From: an uncultured delta proteobacterium
GTDB lineage: Bacteria; Desulfobacterota; Binatia; Binatales; Binataceae
Reading direction: 5' to 3'
DNA: 64,000 bases
NCBI GenBank assembly: GCA_963794325.1
Contig: CAWCDG010000005.1
Location: 32,001-96,000 of the forward strand
In this document: one piece after another, positions 61,702-64,000 of the stretch
How the letters are laid out: each line of letters starts with the position of its first letter
Position numbering within the stretch: position 1 is the stretch's first letter
Made by a program: the position numbers and the translations under genes
The notes under the pieces: generated by a model
The model's input: the letters and a program-made list of their open reading frames with translations, nothing else
Told to the model about the DNA's origin: nothing
Database searches by the model: none

Positions 61702-62439
61702 ATGAATAGAGTTTTGATTCTTGGCGCCACCAGCCCGATCGCGCGGGCGCTTGCGCTCCGGTTCGCATCCGATGGAGCACGATTGTATCTTGCCGCGCGC
61801 AACGCCGATGAAGCGCGGCGCGTTGCCGAAGACGTCAGCGCTCGCGCGGGAGTGACCGCTCTCTCGGGGACCTTCGACGCCCTGGATTTCGCGTCGCATG
61901 ACGAGTTCATCCGCAGTGCCGCCGGCGAGCTCGGCGGGCTCGATGGGGTGGTCGTATGCTTCGGCACGCTCGGCGACGAGGACGTTGCGCAGACTGATCC
62001 GGGCGAGGCGCTCGCGACGATTCATCAGAACTTCACTGGTGCGGTGTCTTTGATCACGCTCGCCGCGCGCCATCTTGAACAGCAACGTTCCGGCTTTATC
62101 ATCGTGATTGGATCGGTCGCCGGCGAGCGCGGCCGCAAGAAAAATTACGTGTATGGATCGGCCAAGGGAGCGCTCGCTACTTTTGCGCAAGGACTGCGAG
62201 GGCGGCTGGCCGACAGCGGAGTGCATGTGATGACGGTCAAGCTCGGCACGGTGGATACCCGAATGACCTGGGGACGCGAAGGCGCGCTGCTCACGATTGC
62301 GCCGACCAAAGCAGCCGACCTGATTTACGCGGCGTATCGAAAACGCGCCGAAGTCGTATATGTGCCGTGGTTCTGGCGCGTGATTATGGGTGTGGTTCGG
62401 ATGATTCCCGAAAGCCGGTTCAAACGCCTCAGTTTCTAG
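61702..62439 (+). CDS. DprE2-like short-chain reductase
   Basis: ILGATSPIA and SVAGERGRKKNYVYGSAK motifs; abuts the DprE1-like gene. Confidence 0.85.
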   Translation: MNRVLILGATSPIARALALRFASDGARLYLAARNADEARRVAEDVSARAGVTALSGTFDALDFASHDEFIRSAAGELGGLDGVVVCFGTLGDEDVAQTDPGEALATIHQNFTGAVSLITLAARHLEQQRSGFIIVIGSVAGERGRKKNYVYGSAKGALATFAQGLRGRLADSGVHVMTVKLGTVDTRMTWGREGALLTIAPTKAADLIYAAYRKRAEVVYVPWFWRVIMGVVRMIPESRFKRLSF

Positions 62440-62552
62440 CAGGGTGATTCCTGCGCCCAGTATAAAGAAAGCCGGCTGTGGTGTTTTTCGCACACGCAAT
62501 GAAGAAAGGTACTCGAACTGAAAAACTTTATCGGCGAAGGCGAAAATACAAA

Positions 62553-63878
62553 ATGAAAGTAAAACTTGAAGTTGTTGCGCTGGTTGCGCTCGCGGTTCTC
62601 TCGATTGCCGGCTCATCACGCGCCGGGGTGAATGCCGGAGATGTGATCACGAAGGATCAGGCCGACAAGGTTGCCGACCTCGTCAGTCCCGGGAATCTGG
62701 TCCTGGTGAAACAGGGCATGACGATGAAGATCGTGCCGACCGACCGGCTCGAGTGGCCGCCGCCGTACAAATCGGCGACCGAGAAATATTCGCCGCAGGT
62801 GAGCCTCGCGCCCGACGGAACGTTGAAAGGCTATTCGGCCGGGCTGCCGTTTCCGCTGGTCGATGCGAACGATCCGCAAGCCGCGCTGAAAGTGATGTGG
62901 AATTTCAGCTACCGGCCGCTCTACACCGATGACGCGATTTCCAAGAACACCGAGATTGCGAGCTACCGGCCGGGCTCGACAGCCGCCGATCCAGTCGAGC
63001 ATTTCACGATTGGCAATGTGGGCTTCTACAACAACACCGGACGCACCGAGGTGAATCCGATCCCGACCGATCCGGAAGCGAAGCGGTCGAACATCCGATA
63101 TCGATTCGGCGCGTACCCGTTCCTCGAACCTTCCGAGATGCGCGGATTCGGATTTATCCGCTATCGCAGCATGGACCCGAAGACCGAGGACAATAGCTGG
63201 ATGATGAATCCGCGCACGCGACATACGCGGCGCGCGTCGGCCAGCGAACTCTCGGATGTGTTCGGTTTGCTCGACACGGCCGCAGGCGGCGGTGGCGGAG
63301 GCGCCGGGACTTACGCGAGCAATCTCGATCCTGATTCGTTTTTTGGCTTCGCCGCGAAAATCGAGGATTTCAATTACAAGTTCCTCGGCGAGAAGCCGAT
63401 GCTCGCAGTGGTGAATGCGGAGAATTCACCGGCCAAGGCGTGCCCGACCGACGGCGGACGAACTATCTGCCCCGAGAATTGGGAGATGCGCCGGCTCTAC
63501 GTGATCGAAGCTGACGCGAAGCAGACCTCCGCAATCGCCAGCAGCCCTTCGATTCCGAAGCGGATTTTCTATATCGACTCCGAAGGATGGTTCATCACGG
63601 CGTCGGATCAATACGATCGCGACGGCAAGCTGTGGAAGACCGTCGCGACGTTCAACGCGTATCGCGACCGGCCGGTTCCGGACGCGCACGTCGCGATCTG
63701 GCCATTCAAGCGGATGTTCCAGACCGCGCTGGTCGATGAAGACGTCACCAATGGCTTCTCAACCGTCGTGCTGTCGCCCGGAGTCGAGACTGACGAGCAT
63801 GAGAGCTGGTACATCAACATGGGACTCGCGACGGAGAATTTTTTCAATCCCGCGGCAATGTCGAACGCGGCGCACTGA
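62553..63878 (+). CDS. DUF1329 family secreted protein
   Basis: Signal peptide; AGLPFP...KVMWN, WEMRRLYVIE and YDRDGKLWK motifs. Confidence 0.85.
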   Translation: MKVKLEVVALVALAVLSIAGSSRAGVNAGDVITKDQADKVADLVSPGNLVLVKQGMTMKIVPTDRLEWPPPYKSATEKYSPQVSLAPDGTLKGYSAGLPFPLVDANDPQAALKVMWNFSYRPLYTDDAISKNTEIASYRPGSTAADPVEHFTIGNVGFYNNTGRTEVNPIPTDPEAKRSNIRYRFGAYPFLEPSEMRGFGFIRYRSMDPKTEDNSWMMNPRTRHTRRASASELSDVFGLLDTAAGGGGGGAGTYASNLDPDSFFGFAAKIEDFNYKFLGEKPMLAVVNAENSPAKACPTDGGRTICPENWEMRRLYVIEADAKQTSAIASSPSIPKRIFYIDSEGWFITASDQYDRDGKLWKTVATFNAYRDRPVPDAHVAIWPFKRMFQTALVDEDVTNGFSTVVLSPGVETDEHESWYINMGLATENFFNPAAMSNAAH

Positions 63879-63902
63879 GTCGTAGGGAAACTCACGAATC
63901 GT

Positions 63903-63957
63903 ATGTGAAACCCTCCGCGGGTTTCACGCTTCCGCGGCAGGGGTGACCCCTGCACCC
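63903..63957. repeat. two-hairpin intergenic repeat, copy 3 (inverted on the + strand)
   Basis: gtgaaaccctccgcgggtttcacgcttccgcggcaggggtgacccctgcaccc is a near reverse complement of copy 1. Confidence 0.85.
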
Positions 63958-64000
63958 AGTATTAAGAAAGATGCGGGGCTTCGCCCCTGTTAGAACTTTT

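Overview
GC-rich bacterial window with no rRNA, tRNA, CRISPR array or intact transposase that I can recognise. The gene mix (Thr/Ala-stalked Ig-fold exoproteins, LLM oxidoreductase, DUF1329, acyl-CoA enzymes) resembles Candidatus Binatota or Acidobacteria-like soil bacteria; this is inference only. Bases 1-27.8 kb look like an accessory low-oxygen/acid-stress block. It holds NhaP, an aquaporin, a heptaheme cytochrome c, PPK2, a P3A H+-ATPase with a long repetitive DUF2934-like N-terminus, adhP, a zwf-tal-glucanase-HAD-ackA-xfp operon and a USP, plus several gene remnants. Bases 28-64 kb carry surface proteins, ilvD, an ABC-2 exporter, a Crp-family regulator divergent from a class III PHA operon, a DprE1/DprE2-like pair and several REP-like repeat families. 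The top finding is at 45708-46973. Two ORFs called separately form one reading frame broken only by an in-frame TGA at the second Cys position of a rhodanese CxxxxC loop. A bacterial SECIS-like hairpin with a GGUC loop follows immediately. This predicts a selenocysteine-containing rhodanese fused to a GYG potassium-channel pore, i.e. a candidate selenoprotein ion channel.
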